This document shows, piece after piece, positions 16,065 through 28,974 of a stretch of DNA of 64,000 bases. The DNA lies in the NCBI RefSeq assembly GCF_009914755.1, contig NC_060938.1; one strand, 5' to 3'. Within the stretch, counting starts at the first letter, position 1. Each line of letters opens with the position of its first letter. The notes below the pieces were generated by a model. That model ran no database searches. It was not told the origin of the DNA and saw only the letters and a list, made by a program, of their open reading frames with translations. This DNA is from the human T2T-CHM13v2.0 reference genome, Homo sapiens. Position numbers and translations under genes: made by a program.

Positions 16065-18876
16065 ACAATCAGAAATGATAATGAGAATAACATCACTGAC
16101 CACACAGAAATAAACAACCATCAGAGAATACTATAAACACCTCTATACACATAAACTAGAAAATCTAAAAGAAATGGACAATTTCCTGGACAAATACACC
16201 CTCCCAAAACTGAACCAGGAAGAAATGTAATACCTGAGTAGACCACTTATGTGTTCTGAAGTTGTGACAATAATAAATATCCTACCAACCAAAAAAAGCC
16301 CAGGACCAGATGAATTCACCACTGAATTTTACTAGAGGTATAAAGAGGAGCTAGTACCATTTCTACTGAAATTATTCCAAAAGATGGAAGAGGAAGGACT
16401 CTTCCTTAACTCATTTTATGAGGTCAACATCATCCTGATACCAAAACCTGGCAGAGATACAACAAAAAAGAAAACGTCACACCAATATCATTGATTAACA
16501 TCAATGCAAAAATCCTTTATAAAACACTGGCAAACCAGAAGCACATCAAAAAGCTTACCCACCACAATCAAGTTGGCTTCATCCCTGGGATGCAAGGTTG
16601 GTTCAACATATGCAAATCAATAAATGTGATTCATCACATAAATGGAACTAAAGAAATAAACCACATGATCATTTCAATAGATGCAGAAAAGGCCTTCAAT
16701 GAAATTCAACATCCCTTCATGTTTAAAACTCTCAATAACCTAGGTATTGAAGGAATATACCTCAAAATAATAAGAGCCATATAGGACAAACCAACAACCA
16801 ATATCACACTGAATGGGCAAAAGCTGGAAGCATTCCTCTTGAAAACCGGCACCAGACGAGGATGCTTCTCTCACCACTCCTATTCAACATGATATTGGAA
16901 ATTCTGGCTAGGGCAATCAGGCAAGAGGAAAACATAAAGGCTGTTCACATAGGAAGAGAGGAAGTCAAATTATGTTTGTTTGCAGATGACATGATCCTAT
17001 ATCTAGAAAACCCCATGGTCTCAACCCAAAGGCTTCTGAAGCTGATAAACAATTTCAGCGAAGTCTTAGGATATAAAATCAATGTTCAAAAATCGCTAGC
17101 ATTTCTATATACCAACAACAGGCAAACAGAGAGCCAAATCATGAATGAACTCCCATTCACAATTGCTACAAAAAGAATAAAATACCTAGGAATACAGCTA
17201 ACAAAGAAAGTGAAGAACCTCTTCAAGGAGAACTACAAACCACTGCTCAGAGAAATCAGAGAGTATACAAACAAATGGAAAAATATTCTATGCTCATGAA
17301 TAGGAAGAATCAATATCGTGAAAATAGCTATACTGCCCAAAGTAATTTATAGATTCAGTGCTATTCTCATTAAACTACCACTGACATTCTTCATGGAATT
17401 AGAAAAAACTATTTTAAAATTCATATGGAACCAAAAAAGAGCCCAAATAGCCAAGACGATCCTAAGCAAAAAGAACAAAGCTGGAGGCATCACGCTACTT
17501 AACTTCCAAGTATACTAAAGGCTACAGAAACCAAAACAGCATGGTACTGCTACAAAAACAGACACATAGACCAATGGAACTGAAAAGAGAACTCAGAAAT
17601 AAGACTACACACCTACAGCCATCTGATCTTTGACAAACCTGACCAAAACAAGCAATGGGAAAAGGATTCCCTATTTAATAAATGGTGCTGGGAGTACTGG
17701 GTAGCCATATGCAGAAAATTGAAACTGGAAATTAACTCAAGATGGATTAAAGACTTAAATGGAAAACCCACAACTATAAAAATCCTAAAATAAATTCTAG
17801 GCAATACTATTCAGGATATAGGCATAAGCAAAAATTTCATGACAAAAATGCCAAAAACAATTGCAACAAAGGCAAAAATTGACAAATGGGATCTAATTAA
17901 ATGAAAGAGCTTCTGCACAGCAAAATAAACTATCATCAGAGTGAACAGACAACCTACAGAATGGGAGAAACGTTTTGCAATCTATTCATCTGACAAAGGT
18001 CTAATATCTAGAATCTACAAGGAACTTAAATTTACATGAAAAAAACAACTCCATTAAACAGACACTTCTTAAAAGAAGACATTCATGTGGCCAGCAAACA
18101 TATGATAAAAAACTCAATATCACTGATTATTAGAGAAATGCAAATCAAAACCACAATGAAATACCGTCTCCTGCCAATCAGAATGGCTATAACTAAAAAG
18201 TAAAAAAACAACAGATGCTGGCTAGGTTTTGGAGAAAAAGGAACACTTTTACACTGTTGGTGGGAGTATAAATTAGTTCAGCCATTGTTGAACAGTGTAG
18301 TGATTCTTCAAAGACAAAGAGGCAGAATTACCATTTGATCCAGAAATCCCATTACTGGGTATATACCCAAAAGAATATAAATCATTCTGTTATAAAGACA
18401 CATGCATGTGTATGTTCATTGCTGCACTATTTATAATACCAAAGTGATGTAATCAACCTAAATGCCCATCAATGATAGAGTGGATAAAGAAAATGTGGTA
18501 CATATACACCATGGAATACTATGCAGTCATAAAAAGGAATAAGAGCATGTCCTTTGCAGTGACATGGATGTAGTTGGAAGCCATTTTTCTCAGCAAACTA
18601 ATACTGGAACGGAAAACCAAAAACTGCATACTCTCACTTATATGTGGGAGCTGAATGATGAGAATACATGGACATGTGGAGGGGAACAACACACACTGGG
18701 CACCTGTTGGGTGGCGTAGGGGAGGGAGAGCATCAGGAAGAATAGCTAATGGATGCTGGGCTTAATACCTGGGTGATGGGATGATCTGTGTAGTGAACCA
18801 CCATGGTACACGTTTACCTATGTAACAAACCTGCACATCCTGCACATATACCTCTGAACTTAAAGTTGAAAAAAAA
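16065..18876 (+). mobile_element. 5'-truncated L1PA (L1PA11/12-like) inserted in L1MA; disrupted ORF2 RT
   Basis: ORFs 16491-16784, 16862-17299 ([10 protein letters not shown]) and 17318-17518 are ORF2 pieces split by stops and frameshifts. 3' UTR has gcatcaggaagaatagctaatggatgctggg. TSD atgagtgta (16056-16064 / 18878-18886). Confidence 0.93.
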
Positions 18877-20365
18877 GATGAGTGTATGATACACTGAAAT
18901 TATAGTATTATTCTGAGATTTTTTTAAATGTACTTACTTTTACCAGTGAGTTGTATACCTTCAGATACTTTCTGCTTGCTTGTTAATGTCTTTTTCTTTC
19001 AGATTGAAGAACTTCCTTTAGCATTTCTTGTAAGATAGGTCTGATGTTGCCCAAATCCCTTAGCTTTTGTTTTTGAGAAAATTTTTATTTCTCCTTCAGA
19101 TTTGAAGGGTAATTTTTCTGGATACAATATTCTAGGTTGAAACTTTTTTCCTTCAGCACGTTTAAAATGTCATCCCACTGCCTCTGTTCAAAGATTTCCA
19201 TTGAACAGTCTTCTTCCAGACATATCAGAGCTCCTTTATATGTTATTTGCTTTCTTTTGCTGCTCTTACAATCCTTTCTTTTCTTTTGAGGGTTTGATTA
19301 GTATATGCCTTGAGATAGTCTTATTTGGATTGAATATGCTTGGTGTTCTTTGACCTTCTTGTCCCTCAATATTCACATCTTTTTCTAGGTTTGAAAAGTT
19401 CTCCGCTGTTTTTTTTTTTGAATAACCTTTCTTTGATCTCTCTCAACATCCTCTGTAAGGCCAATAACTCTTGGATTTTCCCTTTTGAGGCTATTTTATA
19501 GATCCTCTATGCATGCTTCATTCTATTTCATTCTCTTTTTTTCCCTCTGATTGTGTATTTTCTTATAGCCTGTCTTTCAGCTCACTACTTCTTTTGCTTG
19601 ATCAATTGTGATATTGAGAGACTCTGATGTATTTTCAGTTTGTCGATTGAATTTGTCAGCACCAGAATTTCTGCATGGTTTTTAAAAATTATTTCAATCT
19701 CTTTGTTAAATTTATCTAATAGAATTCTGAATTTTCTCTGTGTTATCTTGAAGTTCACTGAGATTTCTTAAGACAGCTATTTCGAATTCTTTCTCTGAGA
19801 GGTCACATATCTTCACCCCTCTGGGACTGGTCATTGGCACCTTATTTAGTCCACTCGGTGTGGTCATGTTTTCCTAGATGTTTTTGATGCTTGTTTTGTC
19901 AATGTCTGAGCATTTCCTCCTTAAAATCTTACTCTTTTTTATTTTATGTCTTTAAAAAATCTAAATATATATATATATAATAAATATATTTCCATGTGAA
20001 TAAAACATAGTCTGTATTGTAACTTTTAATATGTGGATATGAATGAAGAGGTACTTAGTTTCTATTATTACACTTAAAATAATGCTACTAAATAGTTACT
20101 GAAAATAATGCTACAATAAGGAATTCCTTTTGTATTAGAAATGCAGAACATTTCCTGACCCATCCATATCTCCTTATGAATTTCAAATGGGCAGTGGAAT
20201 AGAGGACATGGCATTCAGCATTCCCTCCACAAATGGAGGATTAATCTAGGCTTTCATAACTTTTGGCTTGGCTCAAAAAGATGAGATGAGTACTAGCAGG
20301 TTTCTTGCTCAACAATTTGGAACTATGGAACTAAAAAAAACTGTGCTAACCACTTATAGTTGAGT

Positions 20366-20439
20366 TGCAAAAATCCTTAATAAGATACTGGCAAACTGAA
20401 TCCAGCAGCACATGAAAAAGCTTATCCACCACAATCAAG
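20366..20439 (+). mobile_element. Isolated 74-bp internal L1PA ORF2 fragment
   Basis: tgcaaaaatccttaataagatactggcaaactgaatccagcagcacatgaaaaagcttatccaccacaatcaag closely matches primate L1 ORF2 ([24 protein letters not shown] region). No poly(A), no TSD. Confidence 0.85.
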
Positions 20440-20518
20440 ACATATATGACCATGTGTAAGCTAGGGATTAAAAAGAAATTGGAAATCTATAGAAAGAGAA
20501 AAAATGGAGCAGACATAC

Positions 20519-20720
20519 GAGCACCTACTATGTGCCACTTATTGTTCTAGCTGCTTGGGATACATAAGTGAATAAAACCAAGATTTTTGCTTTCATATAG
20601 TAAGCTTTCTAGAGAAGGGAGGCAATAAACAACTGACATTTTAAATGAGTGAGATAGCTATTGGAATGCTATGGAAAGAAAAGAAAGAGCAGAATAAGGG
20701 GGACTGGGAGAGCAGGTTGT
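20519..20720 (-). mobile_element. L2 3'-end fragment
   Basis: gagcacctactatgtgcca...ctagctgcttgggataca is the reverse complement of the L2 3' end. Confidence 0.7.
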
Positions 20721-21139
20721 GAGGATAGATGATTTGGTTCTTGTGAGGTGGATGGAGAAAGCCGCTGCCTTGGTTTTGACAACTTTCTAGTTAGTAGTTT
20801 AAGTTTGCATGAATTCTTCCCAGCTGTACTTATTTACAACACATTGCTTTTATGACCTTTAGGTATCCTTCAATATGTCTCCTTTTATATTTGAAATAGT
20901 TTCAATCTGTTTCTGTTCTTTTAAACTTCAATAAAAATATTCTTATGCATTAATTTTTGGGCACTTATCCAATAATTCTCATAGGATAATTACCTATTAG
21001 AGGATTACCAGATTAATGAATATGCATATTCAAATTTCTCATTTAGTTTTTAACTGAATTTGTGTTTTAATTTTATAACTCTCATAATATTGAGCGAGAT
21101 GAATAAATATTCATGTGACATATTTCCAAACATAAACTA

Positions 21140-21700
21140 TATCAGATAGAGTCCAGTCAAAAGACAGAAACCGTGTCAGTAATTTAAGCAGGGAAAATTT
21201 TATATAAAGTATTTTTAATGAGATAAAAGTGGTTAACTATTAAAAAGGGTAAAAGAGAACACTAAAATGTACAGAGGAAGCATCTGTAGAGAGTAACTAT
21301 GGGCTACTACTTCCAGAGATAGGGGGAAAGTACACAAGAAAGGAATTTAGAGAAAGAATCAATAGGGCTGTGATTCAGATCTCTACGTAGAAGGTGTGGC
21401 TGCCACTGGAAGATGCTGCTCACTACTACAGTGATCAAGGAATTTGATGGAGACTGCTTGGCTTAATAACTTGAGAGCCACCACTACTGTGGTGGCCTTT
21501 GTTGGAGGGCATCTGCTGCTGAACTGCCAGGATAGTCACTAGCTCCTGGAACTTCTGCAAATCCCTTCTTTCTCTTCTAACCTGGCAGAATCCCTCCAGG
21601 ACTCTTGATTGGCTGTGCCTAACAATGAGCCAATTAGCAAAAAAGAAATGTAGTCTGTGTAGGAAAAGAAGATGGGTTTGGATTTGAGAGAGGTAATGTA
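21140..21700. mobile_element. Ancient LTR-like element (family uncertain, LTR78/79-like)
   Basis: gtccagtcaaaagacagaaacc...agggaaaattt start and gcaaaaaagaaatgtagtctg...gggtttgga end resemble old eutherian LTRs. Recalled similarity only. Confidence 0.4.
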
Positions 21701-22863
21701 TTAATATACCTGCAAATGTAGTCATCATATTCTTTAAATCCATAAGCAGAGTGGCTTCTACCTAGTAGAAAATAAGGCAGAAAAGCAAAGAATCCTTACA
21801 GTTTTCTCTACACCAAATAATGTATTTGGGTACAATCTTATTAGATATGAAGCTATTTTGAGCATGAAAAAGTTTCTAATCTTTTCAAAATTTCATCTTC
21901 AGGCCATAGTTCTGGCTGCTATATGGAAAAATGATGGAATGGTTTGTTTCATTATTCAGTTTTATCACCCAAGTGAAGACCAGATAGTACTTGAGTCCAG
22001 AGAGAATTTTATTGATTTAAGTTTAATACTGTGTATTAATCTTCCTTTGAGCAGTCCTTTCTACTCATCAGATTCCCTACATACTGCTTACAATTATTTT
22101 CCATGTATTACCTGCAAGCCTTTTCAAATGCATTTGTCTCATGGGAATTCAAAAGCTCTAGAAACATTTTTTAGTATGTATTTTAGTGGTTGCAGTTTCA
22201 AAGAGCAGCAGCACCTGGTGAGATCATCACCATTCATCTGGTATCTCTTAGAGAATGTGGTAAGTTGTCCAATGAACTAGATACTTTTCTGTATTTATTT
22301 CTCTCCTTTTTTTCATATTGCATCTGCTCAGCAAATTATAGTAAGATAAAGAAAGAAAAATATTCTACATGACTACAAGTTTTATTTACATGGAATAATC
22401 ATCAAAAGGCATCCTTTTTTTTTTTTTTTACCGCTCTGTATTATACAGCCTAAATTCAAACTCCCCTCATGACTATTAGGCTAGGCCACTAAATTGTCTC
22501 CTGGACTCTATTCTTACTTGCCTCACTTCTGTCCTTCATGCTATTTCTTTTTGTCTGTGAAGTATTTCAAAAAAGTCCTAATCTTGTTGAAAATCAGCTC
22601 TTTCTCCAGAGTTAAAAGTCGTAATTGCTTCGCAGTGACCAAGTTCCATTGCAAGGCAGACAAGGCTCCATCTCCAGCTGCTCACCCCCTTTTACTCTGT
22701 ATTTCAGTTTCCTGAGCCACCAGCTATTATGCACAACTGCATTCTGTTTCTTGCCTAGTGAGTTCCTACTCATCCTTCCAGACTCATGTCAAGGGTTATC
22801 ATGAAGATGTCCCTCAGGCTTGGGAAAAATGGTTTAATCTTTGCCACCACTGTTTTCTTACAG

Positions 22864-23256
22864 CATTCATTCAGACATTTCAAATATTTGAGCACCTGCT
22901 ATGGACAGAAGAGAATAGAGAGGGATGAGGTAAGAGATGGGAGATTTTGGGTAGAATGACTTACTTCTCTGAGATAACATCGAACAGGGTGTCGAATGAG
23001 CTGGTGAAGTGAGCCATGTGGCTCTCTGGGCAAAGAACATTTCAGACATGGGGTACAGTAACTGCAAAGGCCTTGAGCCAGGGATATGTTTTGGCATAGA
23101 AAGAATAGCAAGGAGACATGACTGGCAGAAGAAAAGCAAACCAAGGGGAGAGTGGTTGAAGATAGGCTTGATATTGGGGTGGAGTGAGGGCAGATTGTTT
23201 ATGGCCTTATGAGCCATGGGGAGAATTTTGTTTTTGATTCTGAATGAGATGGGAAG
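22864..23256 (-). mobile_element. L2a fragment
   Basis: cattcattca...atatttgagcacctgctatg tail, then gtgagccatgtgg...tgcaaaggccttgag...ttgattctgaatgagatgggaag. Confidence 0.8.
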
Positions 23257-23840
23257 AGAAATATTGTATAAAAGTATATGAGATTGAGTCCCATATACTT
23301 TTACCATGGAGAGAAAATTAATCCTTTAGAATATGGGAACATGATATTTCCTAATTAAAAATCTTGTTACTTTTGCAGCCAAACCTGAAGTGCAACAATG
23401 GGTAAAGCTGCTGTTTTGTAGGTAGGAGATATATTTAAATAAAATGAAATGATGATTCTTGGAAAATTCAATTTCTTCTTATCAAATCTCTGAAAATGAA
23501 AAAGGCTTACAATTTGTGCAACTCCTTTGAAAATAGTCTTCTAGCCAGTAGTAGGTTTTGATTATGTATTAACCTATATTGCAAATCAAACTATTGCAAT
23601 GGCACATTGGATTTTTTTGATCACTTTGTGTCTGAATACATGAACTATATTTGTAATTTAAATTACTTTTTAAAAATTCATAGTAAAATCTTGACAGAGG
23701 TAACAAAAATAACACAGAAGTATACAATTGTTTTCAGTATGGAAAGGACTTTTTAAAACAGATGATATCTTTATTATTTTATAGAATGAATTAACGTGCA
23801 ATTTGCATAACTCTAGTAATTTAATGAGAATTCTAAAAGT

Positions 23841-23949
23841 AATAAAAGTACATAGGCTGTAATAAATACTGACTTTCAACTGATTTTAAGAAATAAAAGT
23901 ACGTAGGCTGTAATAAATACTGACTTTCAACTGATTTTAAGAAATAAAA
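23841..23949. repeat. 51-bp tandem duplication (2.1 copies)
   Basis: Units 23841-23891 and 23892-23942 differ at one base (cat/cgt). aataaaa recurs at 23943-23949. Confidence 0.97.
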
Positions 23950-24844
23950 CATATTTGAAAATCATGGACATGCTTAGGATTAAAACCACGGTCTATGTTA
24001 GAAATTGTATAAAAATCAGGGACTTGGGGAGTTTCAACAGTGCTGTAGTTCACACAATCAAAGGTGCTAAAGTTATGACATTCTCTTTATAGTATGTGGT
24101 CCATTTCACCATCTAGTTTCTATATGCATTTCAGAAGTGCAATGCACTGTGATACTGAATGTAATTTATCTCTGAAGAACTATATTAACTCCTTTTTAAT
24201 AACTGAGGATGTTACATGACTAACATCTAAGCCTACCACACAAATTGATCAAAATTGTTTCAGCTACATAAAACTGTACCACAACAATTTGAAGTGCATT
24301 AGAATCCAATGGCAGCACAGATTTTAATCCACACTCATGTTCCTGCTATCAAAAAATCTTATATGCGGTGTAAGAAGGTGATGATGAAGTTGATTTCCTT
24401 GTCTGTATGCTTAGAAGCAGTCACACCAGAGGAATAGAAGGAGGATGAACCAGAATGAAAGTTTCTCAGAAAATATTTTAAGGAAATGTCTTTCTCAAAT
24501 CCTTATTATATATTATGTCTATGTTATTCAGTTTTGGATACTTGATATTTTGTCAAAAATTAAGTGTTTCTTTTCTGCTAAAGTCACATGCCTACTCCAG
24601 ACATCTCCATGTTTCCCAGAATTTCATTTGAGTTCTAAGAGATACTAAATATAGAACTAGATAAAAAGAAAGTAGATGAATAAACAGCCTGTCCATTCAT
24701 CTGCAAGTTTAGACCATGCCCACATAATCCAACAAACACCATTTCACTGACAATTCTTTTCTGGCATTCTTTGATTTATATATTTTCTCAGAATGACAAA
24801 ATAATTTAACATTATGCAAATAAGAATGATTTGTGTAATGTTAC

Positions 24845-25250
24845 TAATATGGTTTGGATGTTTGTCCTCTCCAAGTGTTGACATGTGATTCTCATTTTTG
24901 GAGGTGGGACCTGGTGGGAGGTGACTGGATCATTGAGGCAGATTCCTCATGAATAGTTTAGCACCATCTCCCTGAGTTTTCACTCAGTTCATGTGAGATC
25001 TTGTTGTTTAAAACAGTCTGAGATCTCCCTCTTCTCTCTCTTGCTTCTGCTGTTGCCATGTGACATGCTGACTTCCAATCTTGGCCTTGTGCCATGACTG
25101 TAATTTCCTAAGGCTGTCACCTGAAGCTGAACAAATGTTGGTGCAGTTTCTTATACAGCCTACAGAACCATGAGCCCCTTAAGCCTCTTATCTTATATAC
25201 TACCCAGCCTTAGGTATTTCCTTGTAGTGACACAAGAATGGATGAACACA
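24845..25250 (+). mobile_element. MST-type (MSTA/MSTB) MaLR solo LTR
   Basis: Starts taatatggtttggatgtttgtcc and ends gaatggatgaacaca. Perfect 5-bp TSD GTTAC (24840-24844 / 25251-25255). Confidence 0.9.
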
Positions 25251-26784
25251 GTTACATAGCCAATGTATTTATAGAAATAACTTTTGAGTAGGGTAGTAAA
25301 TCTTGCCAGAGAGAACTGATAGAGCAAGCAAATTTTGTGCTCAGTACACTTTGAAGTGGCCCAACTACCTGGTCAAGCTGCATGCAGGAATCCCAGCAGT
25401 CCCAGACGCTTACTTTACTAGCTGTCAAAATATCCTCAGGTAAATCAGGCTGCCTAAATGCTTTTGTTGTCATGTGTTCTAATCCTAGTGTATCTCATCC
25501 TGCATGTTCTGGCCATGAAGAACTTGGGAACAGAAATTACCTTGTTGGGGAGATGGTGGTAGATAGGGTTTGTCTGGTAATTATTCTCCTAGAGGACATA
25601 TTTTTCCTATGTGTATTCAGTCTGCAATTTCCATATTGCAGGCAAGGAATACTGAGGCAAAAGATCTAGGAAAAAATGCACAAACAAGTGTTCTGACAAA
25701 GAGAAAGTAAAAGTTAAAATCTGTGGAACCCAATAATGGGAAATTATTTGAAATGGAAATTATAGTAGTCTTGTAAGAGAACAAATAAGATGTAGCTATA
25801 GAATTTATCAAAGGCCAAAGAAAGGGAGAAATACTGAAAAGGAAATAGAGAAGGTAGATGAACAAATGTTTCATTTGTCTTTCCATTATGTAAAGCACAC
25901 TTAGTCACTTCCCACAATTCATTAATATGAAGTCATTTTCTAACAAGAATACTTGCTTTTGATGCTAGAGGACCTAACATGAGAAATGTTCAGACTTTCC
26001 CATTCTGCATTTTCTGAACATTGACAGTTCCTCTCACATGGCTTGGCCCTTTAGCAATGTTCTTGTAACCGCATTTCTCCTGCTAATCAACCCGGCAGGC
26101 CTTGGAGGTTATTAACACTGGCCTACTTTCAAAGTCCTGAGTCAAAGCCCCAGGGTATCCAGTTGTGAAGGGAAACACAGACAGGAGAAATGGCACCGTT
26201 TCTGTCTTTTTACAGGAAAGAAATCATTCGTGTTAATTAAATGAAGAGTTTGAGAGGTGTTTGGGGAATTGTTTGTCGCTCTCCTGCTGAAAGAGTTTTC
26301 TTTTTCTTCTCTCTGGAAGTCAAGGTTCCAGTTCAAGCTTTTCCTTTGTGAATTAGAGTTTGAACTCTTTTTCTTAGAACAAATTTAATATTTGCAATCA
26401 AGCCACTAATTACAAATAAAAACCATAGATTTCAAATGTAGATTTAAACTATCTGCCCTTCTACTCTTAGTTTTAGTTTTAGGGAAATGATTTGAGAATC
26501 AAAGTGGTGAAATACATCATAGATAGCAGCCCAACTTTTAACTGATTTTAAGCTGCCATTTGTCTGATCTCTCTCTGTTTAATATCTGTTACGAACACTG
26601 GGACTTGAAAATGCCATCTGAAGGCAACTAGGGCTCCAGACGTTGATCCTTGAACTTCTTTAGGCTGTGTGTTGCTGTGAAGTTGATGGCTTGTTTAAAA
26701 TGCATTGTCATTTTGCACACTAAGGAACATGGAATGGCAGATGTGGGATACTGAAACCAGTCTTATTCTCTTTGCTAAACAATG

Positions 26785-26980
26785 GGAAAGAGCTTGAATT
26801 TTGGAGCCAAAGCTGGGTTCATATGTCTGCCTTACCTGTTTATAAGTGTGTGACCCTAAGAAGGTTACTTATTTTTTCAATCCTTATTATATAGATGAGA
26901 ACTTTTTACACTGTTTGTATCACCTGAGACATTGCCAGCATCTGATAGGCAACCGATAGATGGTAGCTATTTTATTATTT
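26785..26980 (+). mobile_element. MIR SINE
   Basis: ggaaagagc...tggagcc...ctgggttca...tgtgtgaccct core and a gtagctattttattatt tail. Confidence 0.65.
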
Positions 26981-27767
26981 AGACATTGATTAACAAAGTA
27001 TTGGTTGTGTCACCCTGACTCTTTTGTTAGAGTCTGAATACATCTAATATTCATATGCAGCTCCATTCTTGATTCAGGTACGTAAGGATTCAGGCATTTG
27101 GAAGAGATGGTTTTACTTTTTCTTCTGTTTGCATGCAAGTTTTCATAGGGAAGGCATTACATTGCATTTTGAGCACCTATTACCTCCAATATTGTCTCAT
27201 TTTCCTCCCTTTTATCTACTTTTTATTAGTGAGAACAGCATTTTGTTGCACTTTAATGTTCTCTGTACTATTGCAGCTATTATAAGAAAGGCTATTGATT
27301 TCTTTTTCTTCATCTTCTACCCTAAAACTCAAGGTAAACATATATATAACCTTTCCCCACTGCTATTTCATACAGTAGACTAATAACTTTCTCCTTCATA
27401 GTATCTTTCTAATGAAGTCCGCCTTTACATCTAGAACCCTAAATTAAACTTACTCTTCCCTGGCCATTGTCACCTGCATTGGTATAAGTGGTAATTGTAC
27501 AAGGTTACTTAAGAGTACTTCTTTCAGCTGCTTTATAACTTGAATTCCTTAGAGACTTTCAAAGGGCCAGGTTTCCTTTAGTCTGAAGATTTGAAATTAG
27601 AATAAAATTCAAACAGAATTATACTGAAGATCCTTCACACTAAAGTCATTTGTTTCTGTGTTGCAATCATGCTTCTCCTAAGCATTAAACATGTAAATAA
27701 TGTTGCTTGCTTTTGTAATTCTGTAAGAAGCAAAATAAGATTAACAAGAACACTGATTTTAGTTCAG

Positions 27768-28100
27768 CAGGAGATGACAAGTTATAGCACTGGTCAAATA
27801 CAGCTCACTGTCTATCTCTATATGGCTTTATATTTAAGAATGGCTTTTACATTTTTAAATGGTTGGAAAACATTAAAAGGACAGTAATATGTAATGATAC
27901 ATGAAAATTATATGAAACTCAAATTGCAGCGTCATAAGTAATATTTTATTGGAACACAGCCACTCTGATTTGTTTGTGTATTGTCTGTGGTTGCTCTTGT
28001 GCTACAATACAAAGTTTAATAGTCATGACAGGGATCTTATGGTCTGGAAATCCTAAAATATTTACTCTGGCCCTTTACAGAAGGAGCTCATTCACCCCAG
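27768..28100 (+). mobile_element. MER58B hAT-Charlie MITE
   Basis: aagaatggcttttacatttttaaatggttg...tgaaaattatatgaaa...ttttattggaacacagcca...cctaaaatatttactctggccctttacaga. Confidence 0.85.
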
Positions 28101-28974
28101 ATTTAAAATCTTCCTTGTAGAGAATGTTGTTTACCTACTTTATGATTTATATAATATTAGACGCTCCTAAGTGTCTAAGCTTCTTTCATGTTACTAAAAA
28201 TTTGCCTAAGATCACAATGTTAGTGGCAGAGTTTGGGTTTCACTTATCGTCTCACCAAGACTGACATGTAAAATTTAATAAAAATATTCAAAGAATGTTC
28301 ATATTGGAAGAAAAATCTATATTTTAAAAACATACAGTAATTTTTCTATTTATTTAATAAAGATTTGTTCATATCCAGGAGATTTCCCAAATAACTTATG
28401 AGTAATTTATTGGATTTTTTTTATAATATAATCAATTAGGGAATGAATAGATTCATGAAATGGCTAGTGATTAAATATAGGGTAAGTCCAAGATTGAGCT
28501 ACAGATTTTATACACACATCTATATTAATTTAGCGAAGGGGGAGTGTCATGAAAAGCAGTTAACTTGGGAAAGAGTTAAAGAGTAGCATTCATTCTTCTA
28601 AATTCTGTGATGTGTGATTTAAAATTTATTATACAGATTCAACATGACATATCAAACATAAAACAAAACTGTTAGATAAACTAGAATAAGTCAGTTTTAT
28701 GTTTTAATTGTCTTTGCATTGATTTCTGAATCAGTGATACTCAGTAAGTGGTAGTTATTACTCTATGATATTTTTTAGTGGAAAATTGATGGATTGAAAT
28801 TCTCTAGATATAAAAAGAATATCTGAAGATTAAATGACTGATTTTATAATCAAATATATAAATAAGAGGTAAATATTGATCATTTTATAATCAAATATTT
28901 GTTGTCTTCTTTTGGCTTAAACTTAATTTGATGTGGTATAAAAAGATACTATGATTTAGCAACATACTTCCAAT

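Noticed and set aside
16491-17518. ORFs with reverse-transcriptase motifs as a functional RT gene or novel RT system
   Set aside because: They are ordinary L1 ORF2 pieces in a 5'-truncated L1PA, broken by stops and frameshifts.
20366-20439. Idea that this fragment is the piece deleted from L1MA at the 12209 Alu (same ORF2 region)
   Set aside because: The fragment looks L1PA-type (aagcttatccacc) and is much less diverged than the L1MA host, so the overlap is probably coincidental.
21858-23307. 140-aa and 146-aa ORFs
   Set aside because: The first has no recognisable domain and low-complexity AT-rich codons. The second lies mostly within an L2 relic.
26060-26250. AP-1 site TGAGTCA (26138-26144) and TTAATTAA in unique DNA
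   Set aside because: Isolated short motifs, insufficient to call a regulatory element without external data.
28841-28898. 17-bp direct repeat attttataatcaaatat (period 41)
   Set aside because: A short AT-rich local duplication with no further structure.
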